NCBI GenBank assembly: GCA_038227875.1
Contig: JBBRPR010000039.1
Location: 1 to 64,000 of the forward strand
Source: Planctomycetota bacterium
Lineage (GTDB): Bacteria; Planctomycetota; SZUA-567; H5-PLA8
Direction of reading: 5' to 3'
Length of the DNA stretch: 64,000 bases
The notes beneath the pieces were generated by a model. That model did no database searches. It had not been told where the DNA came from and was given only the letters and a program-made list of their open reading frames with translations. Each line of letters begins with the position of its first letter. The stretch's first letter is position 1. The translations under genes were made by a program, and so were the position numbers. Of the stretch, positions 28,570-39,078 are shown piece by piece.

Positions 28570-29048
28570 CACGGTGGCTCCTCGGATAACCTGTGGTACA
28601 CTTCGCATTCCAACCAAGGCAAAAATCCGTGTCACCGTTTGTGAAAATTGACCAGAAAATGAACGCGGGTCATTTTGAGTTACAACTCTTTATATTTTAT
28701 TGAATTACGACTGAAATAATTTGACCAAGGTGAACAAAGTCGAACCCCACACGTGCGCGCCCTGTTGTACCTCAGGTGTGCTGCACCCGTGGCGTGACGC
28801 GCTTTGCGCGAGTTCGATGGGATGTGTTTGCGTCACTCTTACTGCGGGTTGATCGCGCAGTAATGCGCAGCGCGAAGTCCATGCGCGAATAACAATCGGC
28901 TTTCCCATTTAAAATTTGCAGACTCTGTGAAGCGATAACGAGTTTTAACGGAGGCCGGAATTTCGATTTATCTAGCCCTGCTTGAGCGGTAGAACTCCAC
29001 GCTCAATTCCTCGACAGGACACGTGGACACCAGAGAAAGGGCGCAACC

Positions 29049-31064
29049 GTGAGTTTGAAGGCTGAAGGCTACACCATTCCCGCCGCGGACCTCGGCGCGG
29101 AGAATCCGCTGCCGGTCTTCCGCGAACCCCACGACGATTTCGTCATGCCGATGGACCCGGGTGCGACCGATGAAGAGCGCCGCTTCGTCGGCTGGCGCTC
29201 CAGCCGCCGCATCCTTCCCTACCGCATGCAGGACGGTTACACCCGCAACCGCAAGCCACGGACGTTTCAGAGCTTCGTGCTCGAGAACGAACACCTCAAG
29301 GCGACGATCCTGCCGGAACTCGGCGGGCGCATGGTCTCGCTGTTCAACAAGGACCGCGGCGTCGAGCTGCTCGAAAAAAATCCCGTCTTCCAGCCCGCGA
29401 ATCTCTCCCTGCGCAACGCCTGGTTCAGCGGCGGCGTCGAATGGAACACCACGATTCTCGGCCACTACTACATGACCTGCTCTCCGGTCTTCGCGGCGAA
29501 GATCACCGGCCTGCACGGAGAGCCGGCGCTGCGGATTTACGAATGGGACCGCGTGAAGTGCTTCCCGTGGCAGATCGATTTCCATTTGCCCCCGGGTTCG
29601 AAATTTTTGTTCGTGCGCCCGCGCTTGATCAACCCGCACGCTCAGGAATTGCCGATGTACTGGTGGTCGAACATCGCCGTCGAAGAGACGCCGGAGACAC
29701 GTGTCCTGATTCCCGCCGAGACCGCTTTTCAGCACAACGGCAGCGCGCCGCTGGACATCATGCCGATGCCCATGCTCGAAGGCCGCGACATCATGTATCC
29801 GAAGAACGTCGACGCCGCGCGCGAGATCTATTTCCGCATGAAGGACGGCCAGCGCCCGTGGGTCGCCGCCGTCAACGGCGAAGGCCGCGGTCTGATCCAG
29901 GCCTCGACGGCGCGCTTGCAGGGGCGCAAGCTCTTCTATTGGGGCATGAACGCCGGCGGCCGCAACTGGCAGCGCTATCTGTCGGAAGCCGGCCACAATT
30001 ACCTCGAGATCCAAGCTGGCATCGGCAAAATTCAACCCACCTGCATTCCCATGCCCGCCGATACCGAATGGACGTGGACGGAAGCCTACGGCGAACTCGC
30101 CGCCGACCCGAAAAAAGTTCATTCCAAAAACTGGAGTGAAGCCTGGCAGGCTGCGCAGGCCGTGCTCGACGCCGCGCTGCCGCAGGCCAAACTCACCGCG
30201 CTGAACGAAGACCTCAACACCTGCGCGCGCCAGGCGCCGCAGGAAGTGCTCTTCAAAGGCGCCGGTTGGGGCGCGTTGGAACGCAAGCGCGTCGCCGCCG
30301 CGGGACTTCCCGACAAGGTTCCCGCCGAACTGGTCTTCGATGTTTCAACGCTCGGCCCCGATCAGGCTCCGTGGCTGGCGCTGCTGGAAAAAGGCGCGCT
30401 GCCGGAAGCGAGCGCGACGGCCGGCGATCCCGGGCAGTTCATGGTTCAACCCGAATGGCTGTGGGCGCTGGAGCGCGCGCTGCAGGCCAAGCGCGGCGAC
30501 AATTGGCTGGCGCGGTATCAGCAGGCCGTGGCGATGCTCGAAAACCACGACGCCCTCGGCGCGCGCAAAGCCTGCGAAGCCTCGATCCGGCACACCCCCA
30601 CCGCGTGGGCTTACCGTATGCTCGCCGTGATCGAACGCCGCAATGGAAAACTCGCGAAAGGCCTGGAGCTGCTCCAGAAAGCCTGGGAGGCCGGCCCACG
30701 CATCACCGCGCTGGCCATCGAGTACGCTCAGGCATTGATCGAAGCTGAACGATTCCAGGAGGCGCGCGACTTCTGCACGAAACTGCCGGCCGAAATCAAG
30801 GCGCACGAACGCATTCTCATCGCGCAAGCACATGCCGCGCTGAAGACCGGGCACTACGATGAAGTCGAACCGATCTTCGCGTATCCGTACGCCACGATTC
30901 GCGAAGGCGAAGCGACGCTGGCCGAGCTCTGGTTCGCCTGGAACGAAGCCCGCATCGCCAAAACCGAAAACATTCCCCTCGACGCCCAACTGAAAGCCCG
31001 GGTAAGAAAGGAATGCCCCGTGCCGCCCAATATCGATTTCCGAATCATCCTGGAAATCAACTGA
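29049..31064 (+). CDS. DUF5107-like protein with C-terminal TPR repeats
   Basis: 'LENEHLKATILPELGGR', 'NPVFQPANLSLRNAWFSGGVEWN', 'YWWSNIAV', 'YLEIQAG'. Confidence 0.85.
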   Translation: MSLKAEGYTIPAADLGAENPLPVFREPHDDFVMPMDPGATDEERRFVGWRSSRRILPYRMQDGYTRNRKPRTFQSFVLENEHLKATILPELGGRMVSLFNKDRGVELLEKNPVFQPANLSLRNAWFSGGVEWNTTILGHYYMTCSPVFAAKITGLHGEPALRIYEWDRVKCFPWQIDFHLPPGSKFLFVRPRLINPHAQELPMYWWSNIAVEETPETRVLIPAETAFQHNGSAPLDIMPMPMLEGRDIMYPKNVDAAREIYFRMKDGQRPWVAAVNGEGRGLIQASTARLQGRKLFYWGMNAGGRNWQRYLSEAGHNYLEIQAGIGKIQPTCIPMPADTEWTWTEAYGELAADPKKVHSKNWSEAWQAAQAVLDAALPQAKLTALNEDLNTCARQAPQEVLFKGAGWGALERKRVAAAGLPDKVPAELVFDVSTLGPDQAPWLALLEKGALPEASATAGDPGQFMVQPEWLWALERALQAKRGDNWLARYQQAVAMLENHDALGARKACEASIRHTPTAWAYRMLAVIERRNGKLAKGLELLQKAWEAGPRITALAIEYAQALIEAERFQEARDFCTKLPAEIKAHERILIAQAHAALKTGHYDEVEPIFAYPYATIREGEATLAELWFAWNEARIAKTENIPLDAQLKARVRKECPVPPNIDFRIILEIN

Positions 31065-31122
31065 CCTCAGCGCGCTTCAATCCGCGCTTTCACATCGGCG
31101 GCGCTGACTTTACACTCCGCGC

Positions 31123-33354
31123 ATGGAATTCTGGCACCTCGCCATGGTGGCCGGCACGGCCACCTTCTCCATCCCCGTGCTCATCCACCTGATGTTCCGG
31201 ATGCGGAAGAAACGCATCGTGTTCTCGTCGCTGCGTTTTCTGCAAAAGACCGTGCTCGAAAAAACGCAGCGCATGCGCTTGCGCGAATGGCTGCTGCTGT
31301 TGCTGCGCTGCCTGGCCTGCATTCTCGTCGCGCTGGCGTTTGCGCGGCCGTTCCGGCCGGGGAGCGTGCTGGCCGGGTCCAACGGCAAGCCGCAGGAAGA
31401 CGTCGTGCTCGTCATCGACGATTCACCGAGCTTGATGGCGCAGGAAAATACCTCGATCCGCTGGAACGCACTGCTCGATCGCGCGCGGAAAGAAGTCGCG
31501 GGACATCCCACCGGCGACCGCGTCGGCCTGGTCTTCGCCAGCGATCCGTCGCGGGCGGAGGTGGAACTCTCCAACAATTTCGGCGCGTTCACCGTGCCGC
31601 TGCAGCGTGAACGGCCGTCGGCCAAGCGCGGCGATCTGGCGCAGGCCTTGAACACCGGCATCGAACTGCTCGTGACCTCGCAGCAGCCCTCGCGGCGGAT
31701 CATCGTCTACACCGATCTTCAATCCAACCAGATCGACAAGGGCGCGTGGGCGGAAGCGGCGCAGAAAGCAGCCGCGGCCGGGCGCGGCATCGCGGTGCAG
31801 GTCGAAACGCCCTCTGGCGAACAACCGCAGCGATTGATGAATCTGGCGGTCACGGACGTGCGCGCGAAAAGTGATGTCTGGATCGACGGCCGGCCGATTC
31901 CGTTTGCGGTGCGCGTCGCCAACCACGGCGACGGCGACGTTGCGACACTGGTCGTGAAGCTGATGTCCGACGGCAAGCAGCTCGCTTCGAAGAGCGTGGG
32001 TTTGAGTCCCCGCTCGACCCAGGAGATTGAACTCGCGGCGCCGTTTCCGCATCCGGGGGAAGTCTCCGGCTACGTCGAAATCGAAGCGCACGACGCCCTC
32101 CCCGACGACGACAGGCGCTACTTCGCGCTCCATCTGCGCGACAGCGTGAAGGCGCTGGTGATCGAAGAGTCGCTGCGCGAGAAGGAGACATTTCTCGACG
32201 AGAGTTACTACCTGCGCATGGCGCTGGATCCCCGCGCGCGCAACGGCGATTCCATCAAGCCGGACACCAGTTCCGGCGCTCAGAGTTACGTGCAGGTGCA
32301 GTCGGTGGCGCTGCCCAAAGTCTCGGCGGAAATGTACGCCAACACCGATCTCATTTTTATGACCGGCATCACGGTGATGACCGACGCGCAGCTCAAGCAG
32401 TTGGAGCAGGCCGTGCGCGATGGCAAAAATCTAGTGCTCTTCGCGGGGCGCAGCGACGGGCGGATCTCCGACGCGTTTTACAACGGACCGTTCTGGGACA
32501 ACGGCAAGGGACTGCTCCCGGCGCGGCCGGGGAAGCTCTACGAAGGCAGCCGCATTGAGAAGCGCTACCATCAGCTCGGCGAATTCAAAGCCGATCACAC
32601 CTTATTTAAGCCGTTTGTGGGCGAAGGTGAACCGTTCCTGCGACTGCCGATTTTCGTGCGCCACTTCCAAGCCAACCCCGCCGATCTGAAAGTCGGCTCG
32701 CCTGAACAGCCGATCGCTGGTGAAAAGGAAACACGTCCGGCCGGCCAGGTTCTGGCCACCTTCGGCGACGGCACCCCGCTGGCGATGGAACGCCCGTATG
32801 GCAAGGGCGCGGTGCTGATGTTCAACTTCGCCCCCCGCCCGGAAGCCACGGACCTGGTCCAGCGCAAGGCTTTCGTACCGCTGTTACATCAAGCCGTGAG
32901 ATACTTTGCAGGATCCAACGCGATCTCGCACCGGGTGGTGCTGGCCGGTGACAGCATTGACTTCGCCGACGGCGGCGTCACCGCCGACGTGGATGTCAAA
33001 CTGACCACGCCGGAGAAAGCCAAGGGCATCTTGGCGCTGAAAGGCACCGATCATCCATCTGCCGATGCAGTCGGAGTTTACAGCGCTGAATTCGCCCGAG
33101 GGAACATTCTCGACCGGGCGCTCTGGGCCGCGAATCTGGACCCGCGCGAGAGCGACGTCTCGTCGGAAGACTTGGTCTCCATCCGCAACACCTTTGCCTC
33201 GACCACGTTGGATAAGAACCACGTGGCGCACAACCCCCTCGACAACCCCTGGGACGACGAACGGAAGTCCCAAGCCCCCGATTGGCGCTACTTTTTAGTG
33301 GCCGCTTTGGCCTGCCTGCTGTTAGAAGTTATAGTCCGCGATTTTTTACGCTAA
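31123..33354 (+). CDS. BatA N-terminal/vWA membrane protein (MoxR-associated type)
   Basis: 'PVLIHL...FSSLRFL...LLLLLRCL...AFARP', MIDAS-like 'IDDSPSL', 'YTDLQ', 'NLDPRESD' and a C-terminal TM. Confidence 0.9.
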   Translation: MEFWHLAMVAGTATFSIPVLIHLMFRMRKKRIVFSSLRFLQKTVLEKTQRMRLREWLLLLLRCLACILVALAFARPFRPGSVLAGSNGKPQEDVVLVIDDSPSLMAQENTSIRWNALLDRARKEVAGHPTGDRVGLVFASDPSRAEVELSNNFGAFTVPLQRERPSAKRGDLAQALNTGIELLVTSQQPSRRIIVYTDLQSNQIDKGAWAEAAQKAAAAGRGIAVQVETPSGEQPQRLMNLAVTDVRAKSDVWIDGRPIPFAVRVANHGDGDVATLVVKLMSDGKQLASKSVGLSPRSTQEIELAAPFPHPGEVSGYVEIEAHDALPDDDRRYFALHLRDSVKALVIEESLREKETFLDESYYLRMALDPRARNGDSIKPDTSSGAQSYVQVQSVALPKVSAEMYANTDLIFMTGITVMTDAQLKQLEQAVRDGKNLVLFAGRSDGRISDAFYNGPFWDNGKGLLPARPGKLYEGSRIEKRYHQLGEFKADHTLFKPFVGEGEPFLRLPIFVRHFQANPADLKVGSPEQPIAGEKETRPAGQVLATFGDGTPLAMERPYGKGAVLMFNFAPRPEATDLVQRKAFVPLLHQAVRYFAGSNAISHRVVLAGDSIDFADGGVTADVDVKLTTPEKAKGILALKGTDHPSADAVGVYSAEFARGNILDRALWAANLDPRESDVSSEDLVSIRNTFASTTLDKNHVAHNPLDNPWDDERKSQAPDWRYFLVAALACLLLEVIVRDFLR

Positions 33355-33424
33355 CTCTGAAACAAAACAGTAGTTACGGGCTCTTAACTAATGCAGAATG
33401 TTGCGTGATGAACGATGAAATCTG

Positions 33425-33525
33425 GAATGTCGAATGTCGAATGTCGAATGTCGAATGTCGAAGATTGAATGCGTTTTGAGTGGGCTTGCTGCAATGTAAC
33501 TCAAAACTGAAAACTCTCAAAACTG
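33425..33525. repeat. (GAATGTC)x5 tandem followed by a GTTTTGAG/CTCAAAAC inverted pair
   Basis: Five perfect units at 33425-33459, then gttttgagt...aactcaaaactgaaaactctcaaaact. Confidence 0.9.
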
Positions 33526-33543
33526 TCCGCAGGAGACCGCCCC

Positions 33544-36500
33544 ATGTCCACGGCCACCGATCCCACCCCTGTCGCGCCGCCACACTTGCGGCCGGAGGCG
33601 ACGTCGGCGTTGTCGCAACTGGAGTCGCGTGTCGAAGGCGTGCGGCGGCGCAACCGCGGGAAGTTTCTGATCACAGGGTTGATGCTCAGTCTGTCGGTGG
33701 TCGTCTTCACGTTCCTGGGATTCAGCGCGGCGGACATCCTTTTCAAACTGAGCGTCGGAACGCGGGTGCTGGCGCTGCTGGCTTCGTTTGCGGGCGTCGT
33801 GGCGGTGATGGCGTGGTTCCTGGTTCGGCCGTGGCGGAGCATGGGCGGCTCGGTGGAAGTTGCACGCTCGGTGGAAGACGCGTACCCGGAACTGGAAGAG
33901 CAGCTCTCGACGGCGTTGGAATTCGGCAAGGAACCGCAGCTGGTCGGAAAAGTCTCCAGCCCCGAACTGGTCGGCGCGCTGATGCAGCAGACGGCGCAGC
34001 GCGCGGAGCCACTGAACTTTTCGCGCACGATCCGCTGGAAGCCGGCGGTGCTCGCCGGGCTTGTCGCCTTCATGCTCGGCGCCTGCGTCGCGGCGTATTA
34101 CCAGATCAGCCCACGTTTGTTTAAGCGCACCTTCGCGCGGTTCGTCAATCCGGGCGCGAATGTCTCCGCGCCGACGCTGACGGAAATCACGCGCGTCACC
34201 CCCGGCGATTCCGAACAGCCGGTTGAATCGTCGGTGCCGGTGGAAGTGACGCTCGATGGCCGCATGCCCGACCGCGTGCTGCTCTCGGTCTTCGTCGGCG
34301 ATGAAAAGAACGAACGCTGGGAAGACCGCCCGATGGACCGCGGCGACGACGGCGTCTACCGCGCCTCGCTCCACCGCCTGCTGGAAACGACGAAGTACAA
34401 GATTCTCGCCGGCGATGCGGAATCCGGTGAGTACAAGGTCGACGTCTACAAGGTCCCGGAACTGAGCGAATTCGCGCTGCGTCTGGAATACCCGCAATAC
34501 ACCGGCAAGGCCCCCGAAACGCTGGCCCCTGGCATGGGCGATGTTCGCGCGCTGAAGGGCACGACCATCAATCTGGAACTCAAAGCCAACACTGATCTCT
34601 CCTCGGCGCTGGTGAAATTCAAGTCGGGCCGCCCGGACGCCATCGGGATGCTCAACTCCACCGAACCGCGCAAGGCCACGATTCAATTCCGGCTCGAGAA
34701 AGACGACGAATACCAGGTCCAGCTGGCCAACACGCGCGGCAAGACCGGCGCGAGCACCTCGTACATGCTCAAGGCGCTGAAAGACCGCGCGCCGCGCGTC
34801 ACGATCAAGGCGCCGGAACGCGACCTGATGGTCCACCGCGAACAGACCGTGACGGTTGAGATCTCCGCCGACGACGACATCGGCGTCGCGGAAATCGGCA
34901 TCTTCCACAATCTCGGCGTCGACGAAGAGAAGCAGGTGATGGTGCGGAAACTCGATCCCGCCACGCCGCGCGCCGACGGCAAGCTGGTCTGGGAGCTGGG
35001 CAACCTCGGATTGAAGGGCGGCGAAGTCATTGCCTACTACGCCTACGCCTACGACAACGACACCGAAGACGGCAAGCATCTCTCCAAGAGCGAGATTCAC
35101 TTCCTGACCGTCTACGACGAACAGGATTACAACGATCCGAAGACGCCCAAGCCCAAGAGCGGCGGAACGCCTCCGGCGGTCAAGCAGATCGACAAGCTGA
35201 TCGAAGCCGAGAAGAAACTGGTGAAGGACACCTTCGCCCAGGCCAACGCAAACAAGGAAGCCAGCGTCACCAACCGTGAAGCTGAGAAGGCCTCCGCGCT
35301 GAAGACCGCCGACGCGCAGAAGGCGCTGAAGGTGAAGCTGCAGGACCTGATGGAGAAGGTCAAGACCGACATGGCGCAGGCCGAAGAGCAGCCCAAGGCG
35401 GAGAAGGAAGAAGACGGACCCAAGCCGCCCCAGCCTCCGCATCCCCAGCCGGCGGCGTTCGGCGAAAAAGAATTGAAGCACATGGAACAGGCCGTCGACA
35501 AGATGACCAATGCCGAGGATCGCCTGAAGGAACCCAACGCCACGGAAGCCGTGAAGCCGGAGACCGAAGCGCTGCGCCACCTGAGCGAAACGCGGCGGCT
35601 GCTGCTCTCGGATAAGGACGGTGACCCGCGCTTCAAGATGGCGATGGACAAGCAGTCGAAGAAAAAGAAGCAGCAGGAGCAGGACCAGCAGCAGAAAGAC
35701 CAGCAGGACATGAAGGAAGAGCTGGCCGAAATGCCGAAGATGCTGGAGCGCGAAAAGCAGACCGAGCGCGAACTGGAAGAACTCGAACAGCGCAAGAAGA
35801 AGTCGCCGCCGCCCCAGAACCAGGCTCAGACGCCGGAGCAGAAGGCCGAGCAGGAAAATCAGCGCCGCCTGCAGAAGCAGGTCAAGGATGAGCTTGAACA
35901 GCTCGCCAAGGAAGCCGAAGACCGCGCGCGCAAACTGGAACAGTTGTCGGGCCGCAATCCGGAAGTGCAGAACGCCGCCGACAAGATGCAGCAGGCCGCC
36001 GACAAGATGTCGCAGGCCGCCAAGGAAGCGCAGCAACCCAACGACAAGAACATGAAGTCGGCTCAGGAAAAAGCGCAGCAGGCCGGCAACGACATGAAGG
36101 AAGCGCAGAAGAACCTGCGCCAGGCTAGCGAAAAGCAGGTGCGTCAGGAACTGGCCAGTCTGCAGAAGGACGCGCAGGACCTCGCGCAACGCCAGCAGAA
36201 CCTCGCGCAGCAGGCCCGCGACCTCAGCCAACCCAAACCGCAAGATTCCGGCAAGCCACAGGATTCAGGCAAGCCGCAGGACTCGGGCAAGCCGCAGGAC
36301 TCGGGCAAGCCGCAGGACTCGGGCAAGCCGCAGGACTCGGGCAAGCCGCAGGATTCGGGCAAGCCGCAGGACTCGGGTAAGCCGCAGGACTCGGGCAAGC
36401 CGCAGGACTCGGGTAAGCCGCAAGATTCGGGCAAGCCGCAGGAATCGGGCAAGCCGTCGGAATCAGGCAAGCCGCAGGATTCGGGCAAGCCGTCGGAATC

Positions 36501-38757
36501 AGGCAAGCCGTCGGAATCAGGCAAGCCGTCGGAATCGGGTAAGCCGCAGGAAGGATCGAAGAGCGCGTCGGGTCAGCCGCAGGAAGGGCAGACGAAGGAA
36601 CAGCAACTCCGCTCGATGACCAACCAGCAGCGCGACATTCAAGGCGACCTGAAGGATCTTTCCGATCGCCTCGATCTGCTCGCTCCGCGCGCGCAGGAGA
36701 AGAACATCGGCGGCAGCAAGGATCTCGACAAGGCCAAGCAGCAGGCCGATGAACGGGCCGCAGCAGCCACCGCAGCGCAGAAGGCGCAGGAGGCGATGAG
36801 CCAGGGCAAGGCCGAGGACGCGCAGCGCGAAGCGGCGCAGGCGGCCAAGGCGCTCGACCAGCTCGCGGCCTCCGTCCAGAACGCCGCGCAGAACACCGCT
36901 GCGTCCGACATGAAGGACCTGGCCAACGCGATGAAGAAACTCCAGTCGCTGGCCAAGGACCAGGGCGACATCAACAAGGATCTGGCGGCGAAGAAAGACC
37001 CCGCCGACGCCGGCAAGCGTGAAGACGCGATCGCCGCGGGCGCTCAGGACCTGGCGCGCGCGACGGAAAATCTCGAAGCGCTCCGCCACGCCGCGCGCGA
37101 TGGCAGCGCCAAGGACAAGCTGGAAGAAGCGGCGAACAAAGCTCACGACGCTTCGGAGCTACTCAAGAGCCACGACACGATGGGCGCAAAGTCGCCGGCG
37201 GAAGCGACCGAGAAGGCATTGAAGGAAGCGCAGAACGACTTCGACCGCAGCATCGGCAAGATGCTCGAAGAGAAGGCGCGCGATGCCAAGAACATCGCCA
37301 AGTCGGCGCGTGAAAATCAGGAGAAGGTCGACGCCGCCGCGCGCGAAATGAAGCCCGCGGCTCCGGGCGAAAAGATGGACCCGGAGAGCAACGCCAAGCG
37401 CGCCGACGCCACGAAGAAGGAAGAAGACGCCGCGCGCGAAGCGAAGAAGCTCGACCGCGCCCTGGAAGGCCTGCAGGATCTGGCTAAGGACGCCAACCCC
37501 GCGGCCGCCGACGCCGCACGCGAAGCGCGTGACCAGACGCAGAACGCCGACCTGCCCAACGCGATGGACGACGTCGCCAAGGGTCTGGACAAGATGGGCG
37601 AACCGAAAGCCGACGACACGGCCAATCCCTCGCAGCCCAAGACACCCGCGCAGGCCGCCGAAAAAGGCGAGAAGCTCGCGCAGGTGCTCCGCGACGTCGA
37701 CAAGAATCTCGACTCCTACATCGCCGAAGCCAGCGGCTCGGATCTCGACCGCTTGAAAGCGATGGAAGAGCAGGCCCACGACGCGGCGAAGCAACTCGAA
37801 GCCATCGCCCGCGACGCCGGCATCAAGCCCGACCCGAAGAAGGCCGGCGACCCTTCCAAGCCCGGCGAAAAGGGAGACAAGACGGACAAGGCCGAGAAGC
37901 CCGGGGACAAAGGCGACAAGCCGGGCGATAAGGGTGAGAAGCCCGGCGACAAAGGTGACAAGCCCGGAGACCGCGGCGAGAAGCCTGGCGACAAGGGCGA
38001 CAAGCCCGGCGCGAAGGGCGACAAACCTGGCGACAAGGGTGAGAAGCCCGGCGATAAAGGCGAGAAGCCTGGCGAAAGCGGCAAGCCCGGCGATGCGACC
38101 GGCAAGGGCGACAAGCCGGGTCAGGAAGCCAAAGATCCTTCCGAGAACCCTGGCGAAAAGCCCGGTCAAGGCAAGGGCGACGCGTCGTCGGATCAGAAAT
38201 CCCCGCCGAGCAGCAGCAAGACCACGTCAAAGACCGGCAAGAGCAGCGGCGACAAAGGCGAGGGCGGGAATCCGAACAGCGATCCGAGCTCCTCGCCGGA
38301 TGCGAAGGACGTCACCAAGCACGCCGATGCCGACGAGAACGCCACCACGCCCGAGAAGCGCGAGGCGGCCATCGAGAAACTCGAGAAGGGACTCAAGCGC
38401 CTGAAGTTGAAAGTCGACCGCCTCGAACCCAACTCGCCGGAAATGGCGAACATGCGCGACGCCGTCTCGGCCGTGCAGCAGTTGAAGGAGCAGATCCGCA
38501 ATCAGAAAGCGAACCCGAATGGCGCCGCCAGCGCCGGCGGCTCGGCCAACGGCGGCCCCGCGATGCAGCGCATGACCCAGTCGCTGGACGAAGTCACCAA
38601 CGGCCTGGTCAACCGCATCGAACGCCTGCTCCGCGCCCGCGACGTCCGCCCGTCTGCCGACGAAGACGCGCCGAAGGAATACCGCTCGCTGGTCGACAAG
38701 TATTACCAGGCGCTCTCCGAAGACACGGAAGAAGACGCGAGCAAGCCGGGGAAGTAG
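33544..38757 (+). CDS. Very large DUF4175-like membrane protein with Ig-like domains and long coiled coils
   Basis: Three N-terminal TMs, 'YPELEEQLSTALE', 'YPQYTG', 'DRAPRVTI', 'ADDDIGV', Q/K/E coiled coil, terminal 'PKEYRSLVDKYYQALS'. Confidence 0.88.
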   Translation: MSTATDPTPVAPPHLRPEATSALSQLESRVEGVRRRNRGKFLITGLMLSLSVVVFTFLGFSAADILFKLSVGTRVLALLASFAGVVAVMAWFLVRPWRSMGGSVEVARSVEDAYPELEEQLSTALEFGKEPQLVGKVSSPELVGALMQQTAQRAEPLNFSRTIRWKPAVLAGLVAFMLGACVAAYYQISPRLFKRTFARFVNPGANVSAPTLTEITRVTPGDSEQPVESSVPVEVTLDGRMPDRVLLSVFVGDEKNERWEDRPMDRGDDGVYRASLHRLLETTKYKILAGDAESGEYKVDVYKVPELSEFALRLEYPQYTGKAPETLAPGMGDVRALKGTTINLELKANTDLSSALVKFKSGRPDAIGMLNSTEPRKATIQFRLEKDDEYQVQLANTRGKTGASTSYMLKALKDRAPRVTIKAPERDLMVHREQTVTVEISADDDIGVAEIGIFHNLGVDEEKQVMVRKLDPATPRADGKLVWELGNLGLKGGEVIAYYAYAYDNDTEDGKHLSKSEIHFLTVYDEQDYNDPKTPKPKSGGTPPAVKQIDKLIEAEKKLVKDTFAQANANKEASVTNREAEKASALKTADAQKALKVKLQDLMEKVKTDMAQAEEQPKAEKEEDGPKPPQPPHPQPAAFGEKELKHMEQAVDKMTNAEDRLKEPNATEAVKPETEALRHLSETRRLLLSDKDGDPRFKMAMDKQSKKKKQQEQDQQQKDQQDMKEELAEMPKMLEREKQTERELEELEQRKKKSPPPQNQAQTPEQKAEQENQRRLQKQVKDELEQLAKEAEDRARKLEQLSGRNPEVQNAADKMQQAADKMSQAAKEAQQPNDKNMKSAQEKAQQAGNDMKEAQKNLRQASEKQVRQELASLQKDAQDLAQRQQNLAQQARDLSQPKPQDSGKPQDSGKPQDSGKPQDSGKPQDSGKPQDSGKPQDSGKPQDSGKPQDSGKPQDSGKPQDSGKPQESGKPSESGKPQDSGKPSESGKPSESGKPSESGKPQEGSKSASGQPQEGQTKEQQLRSMTNQQRDIQGDLKDLSDRLDLLAPRAQEKNIGGSKDLDKAKQQADERAAAATAAQKAQEAMSQGKAEDAQREAAQAAKALDQLAASVQNAAQNTAASDMKDLANAMKKLQSLAKDQGDINKDLAAKKDPADAGKREDAIAAGAQDLARATENLEALRHAARDGSAKDKLEEAANKAHDASELLKSHDTMGAKSPAEATEKALKEAQNDFDRSIGKMLEEKARDAKNIAKSARENQEKVDAAAREMKPAAPGEKMDPESNAKRADATKKEEDAAREAKKLDRALEGLQDLAKDANPAAADAAREARDQTQNADLPNAMDDVAKGLDKMGEPKADDTANPSQPKTPAQAAEKGEKLAQVLRDVDKNLDSYIAEASGSDLDRLKAMEEQAHDAAKQLEAIARDAGIKPDPKKAGDPSKPGEKGDKTDKAEKPGDKGDKPGDKGEKPGDKGDKPGDRGEKPGDKGDKPGAKGDKPGDKGEKPGDKGEKPGESGKPGDATGKGDKPGQEAKDPSENPGEKPGQGKGDASSDQKSPPSSSKTTSKTGKSSGDKGEGGNPNSDPSSSPDAKDVTKHADADENATTPEKREAAIEKLEKGLKRLKLKVDRLEPNSPEMANMRDAVSAVQQLKEQIRNQKANPNGAASAGGSANGGPAMQRMTQSLDEVTNGLVNRIERLLRARDVRPSADEDAPKEYRSLVDKYYQALSEDTEEDASKPGK
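36235..36540 (+). repeat. Intragenic 18-bp tandem repeat x17 encoding KPQDSG/KPSESG
   Basis: aagccgcaggactcgggc-type units with mostly synonymous variation. Confidence 0.95.
37858..38120 (+). repeat. Intragenic 21-bp degenerate repeat encoding KPGDKG(D/E)
   Basis: About 10 units visible in the translation. Confidence 0.9.
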
Positions 38758-38811
38758 GGCGCCATTTCTCCCCCCTTGAATAGGGGGCTGGGGGGATCCA
38801 GATTCGCCGGA

Positions 38812-39078
38812 CGGACGCGTCTGACATCTCACTTCCTCCGGAAATGCTGAGGAGCTTTCCAACGAGTTCGCGGGACCTACCTCGGCATAAATTTATCCGA
38901 TGTTCAGAATCCACCACTCCGCCAGTTCTAGATCGCGCTTTCGCCTCTTCCTCGAACTGCGGCATCAACCGCGCGGCGATCATTGCGCGTTGATTTTACT
39001 TGAGGTGCCGTCGTCGCAGATTCGCGGAGACGACGATTCCGTGAGCGAGCCGTTCCCGTCCCATTCGCGTGTCTTGGT
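38812..39078 (-). pseudogene. Decayed fragment of a ParB/Srx-like mobile-element protein
   Basis: Minus strand reads TKTREWDGNGSLTE/(frameshift near 39036)/VVSANLRRRHLK*(TAA 38996-38998)NQRAMIAARLMPQFEEEAKAR...GRSRELVGKLLSISG, matching the 'S.NL.RRHL...QRA..AA' signature. Confidence 0.75.

Noticed and set aside
33374..33583. Short ORFs with 'RHSTFDIRHS' or 'MSNVEC' peptides (also about 22559-22942)
   Set aside because: Spurious translations of the GAATGTC heptamer tandem.
33517..36243. 908-aa antisense ORF, and similar long shadows (20035-22650, 49449-51041, 61888-63333, 1011-2405)
   Set aside because: Antisense shadows of high-GC genes that have recognisable motifs on the other strand.
36235..36540. 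Regular repeat array resembling CRISPR
   Set aside because: Head-to-tail 18-bp coding units with no spacers, in frame within a CDS, and no cas genes.
38900..39076. 5' half of the 138-aa plus-strand ORF
   Set aside because: Better explained as the antisense of the ParB-like pseudogene.
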